Origin: Reclinomonas americana ATCC 50394
Lineage: Eukaryota
Reading direction: 5' to 3'
Assembly (NCBI GenBank): GCA_048213135.1
Contig: PS015035.1
Coordinates: 15,033 to 56,935 of the forward strand
DNA: 41,903 nucleotides
Position 1 is the first letter of the stretch. Every line of letters starts with the position of its first letter. Position numbers and translations under genes: made by a program. The notes under the pieces are model-generated. The model saw only the letters and a program-made list of their open reading frames with translations. It was not told the origin of the DNA and ran no database searches. Positions 15,929 to 28,400 of the stretch are shown here, piece after piece.

Positions 15929-18900
15929 CTACATTGTCTCCCTGCGTCGATCATCGCGTCGCCGTGCGGGATGCGACTGCCGACGATCCTGCTTCTGCTC
16001 TCGACGATCCTGCTTGTGCTCCCGCCGATCGTGCTGGTAGCGACCCTGGCGATCGTCGGTCGGCCGGTCNNNNNNNNNNNNNNNNNNNNNNNNNNNNNNN
16101 NNNNNNNNNNNNNNNNNNNNNNNNNNNNNNNNNNNNNNNNNNNNNNNNNNNNNNNNNNNNNNNNNNNNNNNNNNNNNNNNNNNNNNNNNNNNNNNNNNNN
16201 NNNNNNNNNNNNNNNNNNNNNNNNNNNNNNNNNNNNNNNNNNNNNNNNNNNNNNNNNNNNNNNNNNNNNNNNNNNNNNNNNNNNNNNNNNNNNNNNNNNN
16301 NNNNNNNNNNNNNNNNNNNNNNNNNNNNNNNNNNNNNNNNNNNNNNNNNNNNNNNNNNNNNNNNNNNNNNNNNNNNNNNNNNNNNNNNNNNNNNNNNNNN
16401 NNNNNNNNNNNNNNNNNNNNNNNNNNNNNNNNNNNNNNNNNNNNNNNNNNNNNNNNNNNNNNNNNNNNNNNNNNNNNNNNNNNNNNNNNNNNNNNNNNNN
16501 NNNNNNNNNNNNNNNNNNNNNNNNNNNNNNNGGACTTGAATTCCTTTGGCACGCTGTCCACGCTCAAGGTGCGGCACGTGGCAGCCTCCCGTCCCTGGTC
16601 ACGCGGCCCTCGGCGCGACAGCAACGGCGGACACGGTCGCCGACGCGAATCCAGCGGCGGCAGTGGTGACGGTGGCGGTGGTGGCGGTGTGTACGGCGCC
16701 AGTGGTGGTGGCAGCGATCGCCGCAGTTCCAGTCGCGGCCACGGCGACGATCGCGAGCGCAGGAGACGCAGCNNNNNNNNNNNNNNNNNNNNNNNNNNNN
16801 NNNNNNNNNNNNNNNNNNNNNNNNNNNNNNNNNNNNNNNNNNNNNNNNNNNNNNNNNNNNNNNNNNNNNNNNNNNNNNNNNNNNNNNNNNNNNNNNNNNN
16901 NNNNNNNNNNNNNNNNNNNNNNNNNNNNNNNNNNNNNNNNNNNNNNNNNNNNNNNNNNNNNNNNNNNNNNNNNNNNNNNNNNNNNNNNNNNNNNNNNNNN
17001 NNNNNNNNNNNNNNNNNNNNNNNNNNNNNNNNNNNNNNNNNNNNNNNNNNNNNNNNNNNNNNNNNNNNNNNNNNNNNNNNNNNNNNNNNNNNNNNNNNNN
17101 NNNNNNNNNNNNNNNNNNNNNNNNNNNNNNNNNNNNNNNNNNNNNNNNNNNNNNNNNNNNNNNNNNNNNNNNNTGCCCGCTCTGCATGGCCGTGTGGGCC
17201 GGTTGCTTGCAATTCTGTGTGCCACCCAAATAAGAGAGAGGTGCAATGCATTCTTGTTGCTGCATGACGTACCACCGCGGTGTGCCTCGAGCTACCACAG
17301 TTGCAGCACCAGTTCTCCTCCGGCTCGTCGCGCACCAGTTCCTTCTTCTTGCTCCTCTTCTTATCCTTGTTCTTTTTCGACTTTTTCTTCTTCTTGCTGC
17401 CATCGTCGCCCTCCTCATCCTCCACTTCCTCACCGGCGTCTACCATGGACACATCGCCGCCCTCCTCTTCCTCGTCCTCTTGGGCTGGTCGGAAGCCGGC
17501 TTCGCGGCGCAGGGAGCAGTCGGCGTGGCCGACGGCGCCGCACACGTAGCAGGTGGTCTTGGAGAAGTTTTTCTCAGCGGCGTGGAAGAGGAATTCGGGG
17601 CACGTCTATGAGGGGGAAGGGGGAGGAAGGGGAAGGGAGGGGTGGGGTTAGGGGAAGGGGAAGGGGAAGGGAAGGAAGGGATATTCTCAAACGGAGCACA
17701 GAGAGAGAGAGAGGAGGGAGAAGAGAGTACAAAGATAAGCAGGAGACAGACTGACAGACAGACAGAGAACGAGAGAAAGAGAGAGAGGCAGTGAGGAGAT
17801 GAAACAAAAGCGAGCAAAGGAGTTAACGAACACACCGAGGACGTAAGCGACGAGGGGACAAGCACGATGCGAGGAAAGAAGTGAAAGTGAAGTGGAGGGA
17901 CGAGATGAACAAGGATACGATGCAGGCAACGATTGTAAATTAGAGTGAGAGAGACAGGATGGGGAGAAGCGCTGGAGGACGAAGAGGGCAGGAAGGCAAA
18001 GAGAGCTGATTGGTGAATGCGGTTGCGATTGTACAGAAAAACGAGTAGGGATAGACACGGAGGACGAGTTAACCAACGCAGTCAAAAGACAGATGAGCAT
18101 GAGGATAGCACTGCTCACTTGCCTGCTTCCAACCTTCTCATGCACACGAATTTTCCGCTTTCTCCCTCTTTCTTTGTTTCATTGTTCTCTCTATGTGCAC
18201 ATGAACCTTTCTCACTCGCTCAAATCCACTAATTCTCTCGCTCTCTTCCTCTCCCTCACCATCGCATTCATGCATCCTTCTCTCCTTCGCCCGACTCCAC
18301 TGCCTCTCTCCCTCATCCTCTCCTCTCAACATTCCACTATTCTCCCTCACAATCACTTTGTCTTCGTCTGCTATTCTCTCTTTCTCTCCTCATCCTCCTT
18401 ACCCTCCCTCTCCCCTCCCTTTTTTTCCACGCGTCTTCTCTCCTCCTCCACTTCTCCTTTCTCTCCCCTCCTCTCCCTTCCCCAATTTCGCGCAACATCC
18501 TGAGCATGCCCGAATCGCTTGCAGTTACCGCACGTCAGCGTCCGCGGCTTCCGTGTCTCCGGGCAACTCATCGACACGTGACCCGGCAGGAGGCAGTTGA
18601 AGCACAGCATGTTGCTGCAGGAGCGCTTCCAGTGCGGGCATCCGCAGAGGTAGCACACGGCAAGGGCCTGTTGCACGTGCGATGAGCGAAGAGGAGAGAA
18701 GGAGTGAGTGAAAGAGTACGGGGACGGCAGAAAAGTGAGTGACAGAAAAGTGAGATAGACTGAGAGGGAAGCGAGCTGAAGAGAGTAGGGAGAGACGGAT
18801 AAGCAAGAAAACGGACTCCAATTGCGGCATCAAATGCGGAGTGAGAGTGAGGGAAAGAGAAAGGGGACGACAGAAAGTGAGAGAGAAGAGAGTGACAGAC

Positions 18901-20313
18901 AAGTGAGATAGACTGAGAGGGAAACGAGCTGAAGAGAGAAGGGAGAGACGGATAAGCAAGAAAACGGACTCCAATTGCGGCGTCAATGCAGAGCGAGAGT
19001 GAGCGCGCGAGAGAGAGGGAGGGATGGCAGTAAGAGACAGCGAATGGAAGAGAAAGTCGAGGGAGCAATGTCTTTGGTCAACAGGAAGAGTCAAAGCGAG
19101 AGAAAACAGAGGGGATGGAGACAGAAATACGCGAAAGAAAGACCAAGAGAAATGCAGCGTCACCTTTGACGGGCAGGCGGCGGCCAAATGACCGTCCTCG
19201 CCGCACAGGTAGCACGACTTGTTCGTGACGGTGTTTGGTTGCAGTGCGCGCGCCTCGCTGTCCTCCAGATAGTATCGGAACGGCAGCTGCATCGGCGCTC
19301 AGTCAACAAACTAGATCGCAGAATAGAGAATGCAACCGCACGTCACCTTGAGCACAGACTTGCGCCTCTCCTCTCCGTCGCCACCGGGCGAGAGAACAGC
19401 CTCCACAATGGCACCCTCGTCAACTGCATCGTCGTCGGAGAGCTTGGCTCGTTTGAGTGGCGGCTCCTCGTCTTCGTCCTCCTCAATCATCACCAGTGGC
19501 GCGTCGTCAGCACTCTCCGCCTCCTCCTCGTCGTCTTCCTCCTCCTCGGCAACAGGAGAGGCAGCAATAACAGCAGCAGCAGGTGCTTCCTCTTCCGTCT
19601 CCTCCTCCTCCTCCTGAGTAACAGGAGAGGCAGCAGGGAGAGCAGGAGGAGAAGGGAGAGGAGCTGGTGCGTCCACTGGGCGCATCGGCTCATCGGCGCC
19701 ACTGCTGCTGCTGTCGCTGTCGTCGCTGTATGCGGGTGCAGATCGTCGTCTGGCGGTGGGCTGTGGGGTGAGGGAGGAGAGGGAAGAGGGAGGGAGGATG
19801 AGGGAGGGTGAGAGAAGGGGAAGAGAGGAAAGAGGGAGGAGAGCGGAGTGTGTGCAAGAGTATGCATGAGAGATTGCAAGTCAGAGAGGTGAGGAGAGAG
19901 TGAGAGAGAGTGAGAGAGAGTGAGAGTGAGAGAGATAGAGAGATGCATGAGTGTGTGTGTCAATGTGTGCAATGAGCGTGCAACTCTGTGTGTGTGCGTG
20001 TGTGTGTGTGCACGAGAGAGAGTGTGTGTGGGAGAATGCATGCAAGAGTGTGTCAATGTGTGCACAATGTGTGCAAGAGTGTGTGCAAATGCACGCCGCC
20101 TCTCTGTGCACAAGCAACAGCAAGTGCGCACGCAACAGCACTGGTCTCTGCATTTGTTGTTGTTGTTGGTGCAGGTCGCGCGCGTTTCCCGTTGATGTGC
20201 ATCTGCACTTGCACAGCGCCGCCCTGTTCGTCACTTGCGCGTTGAATGCTTGTGCGTGGCTTCTTGGGGCGACGCTTTTGTCCGGCGGTGGAGGAGGAGG
20301 AGTCGCCACTCAT
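15929..20313 (-). CDS. Zinc-knuckle (CCHC) RNA-binding protein, Air1/Air2/ZCCHC7-like
   Basis: ATG 20313. Exons ~20313-20095, 19760-19347 (acidic), 19286-19164, 18667-18497, 17605-17273, 17213-gap, 16772-16532, 16069-15929. Six knuckle-like motifs: CYLCGEDGHLAAAC, CYLCGCPHWKRSC, CFNCLLPGHVSMSC, CGNCKRFGHAQD|TC, CYVCGAVGHADC, CCNCGSSRHTAV|NC. Two are completed across introns, which supports the splice model. Arg/Asp-rich tail. Confidence 0.8.
18748..18987. repeat. Intronic tandem duplication, ~153 bp period
   Basis: AAGTGAGATAGACTGAGAGGGAA...GGATAAGCAAGAAAACGGACTCCAATTGCGGC at ~18748 and ~18901. Confidence 0.85.
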
Positions 20314-20389
20314 TCACAAAGAGAGAAGAGAGTGAGAGTGTGTCTTGATTGATTGAGTGGGCAAGTCGACTTCATTGCAAGTAAAGGGT

Positions 20390-21380
20390 TTCTCAAGAGA
20401 AGAGAATGTAGAAGAGCACCTGTCTTTAACTTCTCATTATGTGCTCTACATGTCTCTCAGAGAACTGCGACTCTTGACTGATAAGCTTGACTTGCAGCAC
20501 TTGTCGTTGTCTTGTGCCTCTCAAGAGAAGAGAGAGTGTTTAGGAAGATGAGCATCGTGTCTTTACTTCTCGTTGTGTGCTTCTAATGGTTCTGGAAGTC
20601 ATGAGCACCGTGTCTCTACTTCTCGTTGTGTGCTTCACACGGTTCTCACAGAAGAGACTGTTGATTGATTACGCTTGACTTGCAGCACTTGTCATTGTTT
20701 GACAGCACTGACTTGTTGTGCCTCTCAAGAGAAGAGAGAGTTTTTAGGAAGATGAGCATCGTGTCTTTACTTCTCGTTGTGTGCTTCTAATGGTTCTCAT
20801 AGAAGAGACTGTTGACAGATAAGCTTGCATCGTCCTTCACTTGTCTTTGACAGCACTTGTTGTGCCTCTCGGAGAAGAGAGAGTGTTGATTAAGTGAGTG
20901 AGGAAGTCATGAGCACCGTGTCTCTACTACTTCTCGTTGTGTGCTTCACACGGTTCTCAGAGGAGAGTGACTCTTGACTGATAAGCTTGACTTGCAGCTC
21001 TTGTCTTTGATTGCACTTGTTGTGTCTCTCAGAGAAGAGAGAGTGTTTTGATTGAGGTGAGGAAGCCGTGTGCACCGTGTCTTCACTTCTCGTTGTGTGC
21101 TTCATGTGGCTCTCAGAGAAGAGTGATTCTTGACTGATAAGCTTGCGTTGCAGCACATCGTTATCACTTGTCGTTGTTTGACAGCACTTGCTGTGCCTCT
21201 CGGAGAAGAGAGACAGAGAGTGTTGATTAAGTGAGTGAGAAAGCCGTGTACACCGTGTCTTCACTTCTCGTTGTGTGCTTCACACGCTTCTCAGTGAAGA
21301 GTGACTCGTGACCTTCACATGTCGTTGTTGACAGCGCTTGGTGTGCTTCTTGTGCCCCTGACTGTTGATTGAAGCAGTCT
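20390..21380. repeat. Degenerate minisatellite array, ~150-200 bp unit, about 6 copies
   Basis: CTTCTCGTTGTGTGCTT at ~20565, 20619, 20770, 20930, 21086 and 21263. GATAAGCTTG at ~20480, 20818, 20980 and 21135. GAGAAGAGAGA recurs in each unit. Confidence 0.85.
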
Positions 21381-22356
21381 TCCACCACTGCACACTTGTT
21401 CACATGCGACAAACATCTTGGTGTTTTCTTTTTTCTGAGGACTGCCTCTTATCTGTTTTACAATGACGTCAAAGCTGCTGAATCTCCGGTCGTCGTCAGC
21501 CGCGGGGCGCGGTGATTCCTCCCACTCGCCCGCCGGGCACAGATCACTGGCGTTGCATTGCAAGTGCACGTCCGAGTCGACCGGCAGCACGCACATGCGG
21601 TGACTGTGTGTGCGTGACGGGGTCAGTAGGCATCACTCAGTGTGGAGGGAGACATGACGGCGGCGGTGACAAAGCTCGCTTGATGTGATGTCCACGTCTT
21701 GCAGTCACGCCGAAATAGTTGCGTTTTTTAATCGCTTCCACTTTGCAACGGGTGTTGGGCTCTCACACACAGAGGAAGCCACAGCATGATCGTATAGACA
21801 TGCTCGTGTTGGATTCTAGATCTGTTCTTGTCTGGTCCTCAGTTATCGTGTTGTGTGATATGCAGTTGCAGCTGCATCACACTAAGGGCTGCTGGCAACA
21901 TATGCAGCGGGAGTGCACTCGAAAAAGTCTTGCAACTTGGGGCAGACGGACAGTTGTCGGAAATCGAAGACAGGTCAACTTCCCGATCCTGTCATTTCCG
22001 GCAACTCGATTATAATTTGATTCGGCTTTCTCTCACTTTTCGAGCACTCTCCTGAGCGAAGACCACCAGGTAAACCCTTTCCTTGTCCCTGCGTGTTGTG
22101 GCATCGTTTTCACTGGCCTGTCTAACTCATTTGCATTGCAATTGCATTCATTCTTCAGCAACACACGCGCGCGTACAGCAACACACGCAGCAACAGCGAC
22201 AACGGCAAGTGCACCCTGCATCAACACAAGACTCACTGCCAACCTGCCACCACCTGGATACTCCGATACACTCATCTCCTAAACATCTCAGTCGCTGCGG
22301 TATCTCAATTGCTGACAATTGCAGTTTCAGCACAATAGCAACAACCACACCCTCCG

Positions 22357-22357
<1 letters not shown>

Positions 22358-22423
<66 letters not shown>
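22358..22423. repeat. (CAA)n microsatellite, ~22 units, in the probable 5' UTR of the downstream gene
   Basis: Uninterrupted CAA run about 80 nt upstream of ATG 22500. Confidence 0.95.
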
Positions 22424-22499
22424 AAACAAAAAAACACAACAACAAGAACAAAAACAAGAAACAGCAACAACCAAAATCAACAACTCAACAACCACGACA

Positions 22500-25400
22500 A
22501 TGGACACCGATCCGAAATCAACTTACTCTGCTGCTGCTGGTGCAGCTGCCAGCCCTGACCCTGGTATGTGTATGAGGCGCATTCTGATGATCTCCTTCAG
22601 TCGGCTGCTTGCGTGAAATTCACTTTAATGTCGCAGAGTACATCGAGGACGATGACTTCCTGGAAGATGACGAAGAAGGGGAGCACGCGCAAACAGGCGG
22701 CAGTGGTGCTGATCGACGCGGTGCAGTGGCGGCCGAGGATGCAGAAGACCATGCGTGCGAGTCAGATCCGGATCGTGACTACCCTCCTCCGGAGGACTTG
22801 TGGCGAGCCGCAGCAGCAGCGTCATCGCAATCGCCGCGAAGCACAGCAGGCCGGCATCGGACCACTCCAGCGACTGCTGCGGCGCCGCCTGTGCGTCGCA
22901 AACGAATGCGACCTCGCTTCAACGACATTCCGAGTACGGACGATGAAGAGGAAGAAGACTACGACAGGGGCTCAGACGGTGAATTTGAGATTGACGACGA
23001 CGACGGTACCGGTGACGCACAGATGGTGCCCGCACGAGAGGCGTATAACCTGCGAAACCGTGGACCATCGGCAGCACCGTTGCCGGGAGAGGAAAGTGAG
23101 GCAGCTGTCCCCCGAATGGAGGGAAGGTCGCCCAGTGGCTCTGGATCCGTGCGGTATGCTCAAGTTCTTCACGTGTCCGTGATTACTATCGGTGCTCCTC
23201 ACTGCCGCTTATGCATCCTAGACCTCCCGCCTCAAAACGACCCTCTGTCAGTGGTGGGAACACACACTCGATCACAAAATCGTCCTCAAGTGTCTCACGC
23301 CGTGGGGTCGCATCCAACGCGCGGGCAGCCGAAGTTATCGAGCGACCAGTGAACACGGAGGATCTTCTCAAAGCCTCGTCTGGTACTTGCGTCTGCAGCA
23401 CACCTTGTCGTGCGTTAATCTAACACTGGCGTACTACAGCTCTATACAGCCCTGGCAGTATGGTGTCGGTGCCCGAGAAACAGCTTCTTGACATTATCGA
23501 AATCTTGAGGCGTCCAATGCCGCCTCGAGATGATCCACCTGACATTCTGGCCCGCGCATTCGACGAATTGGTGGAGCATCACGGCACGATGGCTACGCGC
23601 GATGTCGTTGTTGCTGTGTGCGGCATGCCTGGTTCTGGAAAGACCAATTTCATTCATCGCATGCTGGGTCGTGCCGACTGGAATCAGCGGGATTTGTGCG
23701 GCCGTCAATTTCTCCGCTCTGTAAGCGGCGCAGCACACGCCACCACGACTGCGGCGTACATCCGGTGAGTAATATAGTCAACACTGATTCATTCGCCCTC
23801 TCTTTACGTGGCGCGGTACACTTGCTTATCTCTTGCCTGCAGTCGCGCGCAACGGGATGCACTGCAGCACCCCGGACTTGTGCAAGTTAACGTGACTGCG
23901 AGATGGGTACACGGCCACGACCAGAGCGTTGTCACTGAACTCAGTGAGCGCTTCCAATACCCGCGGTGGATCCAGGAAGATGACGAAGAAGCACTGTTGG
24001 AGTTTGAGCGCGACGTGCTTCTCTTTGAAGCAGCGATTGACACTGCTATCAGCGGTGCCGCTGTGGCGGAGCCACCATATGCGCTGGTGGTCGACTCGCT
24101 GATCATCGAGCATCCTTGTGTACCTGAGCGGACAACGCTCGTGAACTTGCCTGGTCTGCAGCGCCCAGGCGCCAGTTCGCAAGCCTTGGCAAGCAGCAAC
24201 GGTATGCAATGTCCTCCAATGCACTGACTGATTATACTCTTCTGCTACCTCAGTTAATTCACGTGTTCGCCTTTTGTGTCGTCACAGTAGCGCATCGAGT
24301 GCTGAAGGAGGCTGACATTGTCACGTTGAGTTCCACTCGTACCTGCAAGTCCCTGAAACGATGAGCTTACTCACGTTTTTCGCGACCACTTGCAGCTTTG
24401 TCTCCAACTCCCGTGTTGAGAGCTTGTCCTTTGAGAGTTTGCTGAAGGAGTATTTCCGAGGTGCATTCCCTGGTCGCTTGCTTCCACGACACTCCAGTTT
24501 CTATTGCGTTGTTCATCTATTTTCTTCTTGCGTGTAGATCGCATTCCAGCAGGCTTTGTTTGGGTCACCGATAGCGATTTCGACACGCTGACCTCCGCCG
24601 GAGTGGAGGCTTATCTGAGTAGGCTCGGTGACCCAGGTCACAAGGTGTGTGTCGCACGTGTGTGTGTATGTGTGTGCGAATGTGTACTTGCAATTGTGGG
24701 TCTCTCCCTCCGCTACGATATTAATAGTCGCTATTGGCGTTTGCATGCAAAGTTTCACAACCTTCTGGAACCGCTGACGGTCACCGGTGTAACCGAGGCA
24801 ACAGTTGACGCATTGAGCAAGGACCAGCTTCAAGCAATCGTCACGCTGCAGTCGCTCGAGATGTGGACAGCGGTACGCACAATTATACTTCTTGCCCGTT
24901 GATGACGCTGTCTTACTTGAAGCCCGTTGCGGTGTTGCAGCTCGGATCAGAGCTCCAGAAAGTACAGGACAACCCACAGATGTTCGATCATTTGAGCCCT
25001 ATAGAACGGCGTCAGCGCTTTGCGGCGTGGCAGCGGTGCATCCGTGTTTTCCCGCGCCCCTTCATGTTCCACCCGAAGGCCGAACTGGTGGATCGGTTCT
25101 TGGACAACTTGCGAGCACTTGCTCTGAATTCGGTTTGCACTCCTCGCTGCATTTCGTACTTCAGCATTTTCCTCTCGCTAATACCAGCGCCTCACGAATC
25201 GCAACATTAGGACGTCGTGAAATTCGCGCAGAAGAGCTGGAAAGTCATCTCTTTCATGAACATGTTCTCCTACCGTGGCAAGCGGCTGTGCAAGGGAGAT
25301 ACAGTGCATGAGCGATGGGACCGGTTTCTCAAGTGCTTCATGAGGCGCCCTGACATTCACCATCCGAAGATGCCAGACACTGAGGATGCTTTCGCATCTC

Positions 25401-28400
25401 TTCAGCACGACAGTAAGCAACTCATGGTGTGTATCGTGCCGCACCGTACGCTGGGTCACAGGCTACTGATACAACGTCAAATTCCCCCCACCACCATACA
25501 GATTACGAACCTCTTCCGTCGGTGCCTCAAGCGCATCCGAGAAAAGCGCGTACTCCCCCTTGCCCGTATTATCTTTCTTTTCCTTGATCTGTCCTCATCA
25601 CTCTGCTGGTTGCAAATGTGCACAGTTGCGAAAGCGTCATGGCAATGGCACCAGCACATGAGGAAGTTGGCGCTGCTTCGGCAGTGGCTGAAATGGTCAC
25701 GAAGAATCTCGCTCAACATGTGGCTGAAGGCATCTTGCAGATGCATTCACAGATGATTAAGTGCTGGGTGCGAATTCACGTGCGCTTTTCAAAGGGCAAG
25801 CCGCAACGCGGTGAACGCGACACCGATCGCGAAGAGTAGTGCGTCACTGATCTGTTATCGAAAGTCTGCCGTCGCTGAACATCTCACCAAGCCGCTTCGT
25901 CTTGCAGTCGAGCGACAACGGACAACATGCAGCAAATAATCAGCGATGTGTTGTGCAATCAAGAGTCTGCTGGTGCAGGCGTCGGTGCGGCAGAAGCTAT
26001 CGACCCCTCAGAAGCCGCAGATGCCATGCTTGTCGACGGAGACAGCGATCCGGAGAGCAGCGGCATTGGACAGAACGCAGCTGCTGACGAGGAAACGCTT
26101 TGCTCGATGTTGTCCGCGCAGCTGGCTGAGCTATGCCTCGCTGTGCGCACAACATTTGTCGAACAAAGCTGTGCAGACGCATCTCGAGCTGCAGCTGAGT
26201 TGCTCCGCAACTCATTCGATGGTCTTGTCGCGGCCATTAGTGCAAGTGCACCACAGAATCCGATTGACGTGGTGAGTGACTGTCCTGTTGTCTACTTGCG
26301 CAAGCTTCTGAATTGCCGTAATGCAGGATACCGAAGAGCACATCCTGGAGCAGCATGCTGGTCAGTTCATTCAAAATGTTGGAAGAGCGATCGCCGAGAC
26401 GTTTGCACTTCAGCAAGAACCGGAGTCGTCCTTGGGCAAAAGCCTTGACGATTTCTGCCAAGAACTTCGTCAAGAACTCTTCTCCTTTTTCCAGAGTCTG
26501 TTCAACGTTACTTCCAATCCCAAGATCGATCGAGCCGTCGCCACTCAGACATTGCGGGAAGTCAAGGCGATCATGAAGGAGGTGGACGCAAGCACGCATC
26601 GGTAAGCGTAAATGCGCTCATTGCAAGTGATGTGGGTTGCAAGTATCGATCTGATCTTGTATGCCACCCACCCTCAGTGTCGATGGCAGCGAGACAATGT
26701 TCCGGTTCGGCCCGGACGCCAATCCTCCTGCGTTGACGAGCAGCATGTTGCACAACGCGATTCCACTCAAGTGCACTGAGTTGCCACAGCGACTGTGTAC
26801 GGCCCGCCAGTTGCGAAGTGTTGCTGTCTGTCCGTGTGACCTGTTGTAGTTCTTCACATACCACGTCTTGTGACTTTGCATACGCAGAGCACATCTCTTG
26901 GTACAGCTGAGGAATGTGGAAGGCGAGGAGGAGTTGCCCATCATACGCACAAACCGTTTCGTGTCAGCAGGAGTGGTCTACAGGTGGAGAGTCTGGAAGT
27001 CATAGGTCTGAATGGTGCCAATGCTGTGCAGGTGGGGCCCCACTGGACTTCGCCTTGGGTGATGACATCGCGAGCCTACTGGTATGCGATGTCAACCCAG
27101 CGGCGAAGAGGCGCATTGATCACTATGTTGCCATCCGCGGTCAAATTGACGAAACCGAGTTTGCCAGGATATATCGCGACCAAAATGTTCCCCTTGGTCC
27201 GAATGTTCCGACACAGTGTGTGCTTCCGATCTTCATACCCTCGGCGGTACGTCTGTGATTTCAAAATGAGTCAGTGTGGTGGCTCAGTCGACTGCCTCGC
27301 AGGTGGCATTTGTTGACGACTTCGAGCGCCACATCAATCTATCTCTTGGACTCCATCTGACAGCTGAAAAGGCGCCCATGCACCTGCTTTTCATCGTTGT
27401 TCCGCGCGGCCAAGAAGGCATGTACGCAGAGCATCTCCGTCGGTTCCCCACACTGTCGGTGAGAACTCTTATGATGCCAGAGAAAGAAGACCATATCCGC
27501 CTGACAAATATTTTTTCTATTCAGTACGTGCTCGTCACGACACCGTCGGAATGGCCATCGCCGTCGCTGGCTCTTGAAGTATGTCACCGTCTGGCCATCA
27601 GCTTTGGATTTGAGTTGTTGCGTTCCTGTTGCCCGTGCATTCAGTAATTACAAACAAAAAGACACTACATTCACCAATTATCATGCCTAACTGATACTGT
27701 CTCATTCTCAGCCACTGGCTAGTGTCGCACTCAATGTACAACATGCGACTGTTCCGCCCACTCACCGGCGCGACCGAATGCTGCCCCATTTCTCAAGCGC
27801 TGTGCTACGCACAAGACTCTATTCGCAACGTGCAGTGGGAGTGCTTGAAGGCTTGTTGCTGTAGTGTCGTCCAAGTTCTTGTTCATGCTGTCATTTAGCG
27901 CTGACAACATTGAGCCGCGTTCCTGACTGCAGGCCGTGGGCAGAATGTTCTCCGAGTATGAGAAAGAGGACTTCTCCAAGATCCTGGATATTGGAAACAA
28001 GTTCCGAGCGGCGGCTGACGCCCACTTCGGTCGCGACCTCACGCAAGACGACGCAATCGATCGCGATGCGAATATATTCCGTTACCTCTTCGCAAAACTG
28101 CACAGCGGCGGATGGCAAAAATCGTTTGGCACGGCAGCAGTTGTCGAGATTGCGCAGTTGCGTTATTTATGTTCTTAATCGCGCCCTGCTGAGTTACTGC
28201 TTACCGTGGATGAATGCAGAATCATGCAGCGAATAGGCGACCGTGAGCTTGACAACATCGTCAACGTGATCAACAAAGCCTTCCGCTTCGGCTACACGAC
28301 ATTTTGCCCAGCAATCGCAATGCTCACCGTTGCGGCGGCAGGAGTTCGTTCCGACGGGGGGCTTCTCGCTGATCAGCCGCTCATTGCAGCGGACAACATG

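Noticed and set aside
17273-19286. CCHC knuckles as retrotransposon Gag
   Set aside because: The knuckles are split by spliceosomal introns, and no protease, RT, integrase or LTRs are nearby. They fit a cellular Air/ZCCHC7-type gene.
20890-21596. Minus-strand ORFs with repeated peptides (LISQESLFSE, KHTTRSEDTV) and the 93-aa ORF at 21315-21596
   Set aside because: Repeat units differ by frame-breaking indels and stops, with no recognisable domain or consistent splice model.
22319-22558. Poly-Q, poly-N or poly-L proteins from the CAA run
   Set aside because: These are simple microsatellite translations upstream of the ATG at 22500, which has a phase-consistent first intron. An N-terminal extension is not supported.
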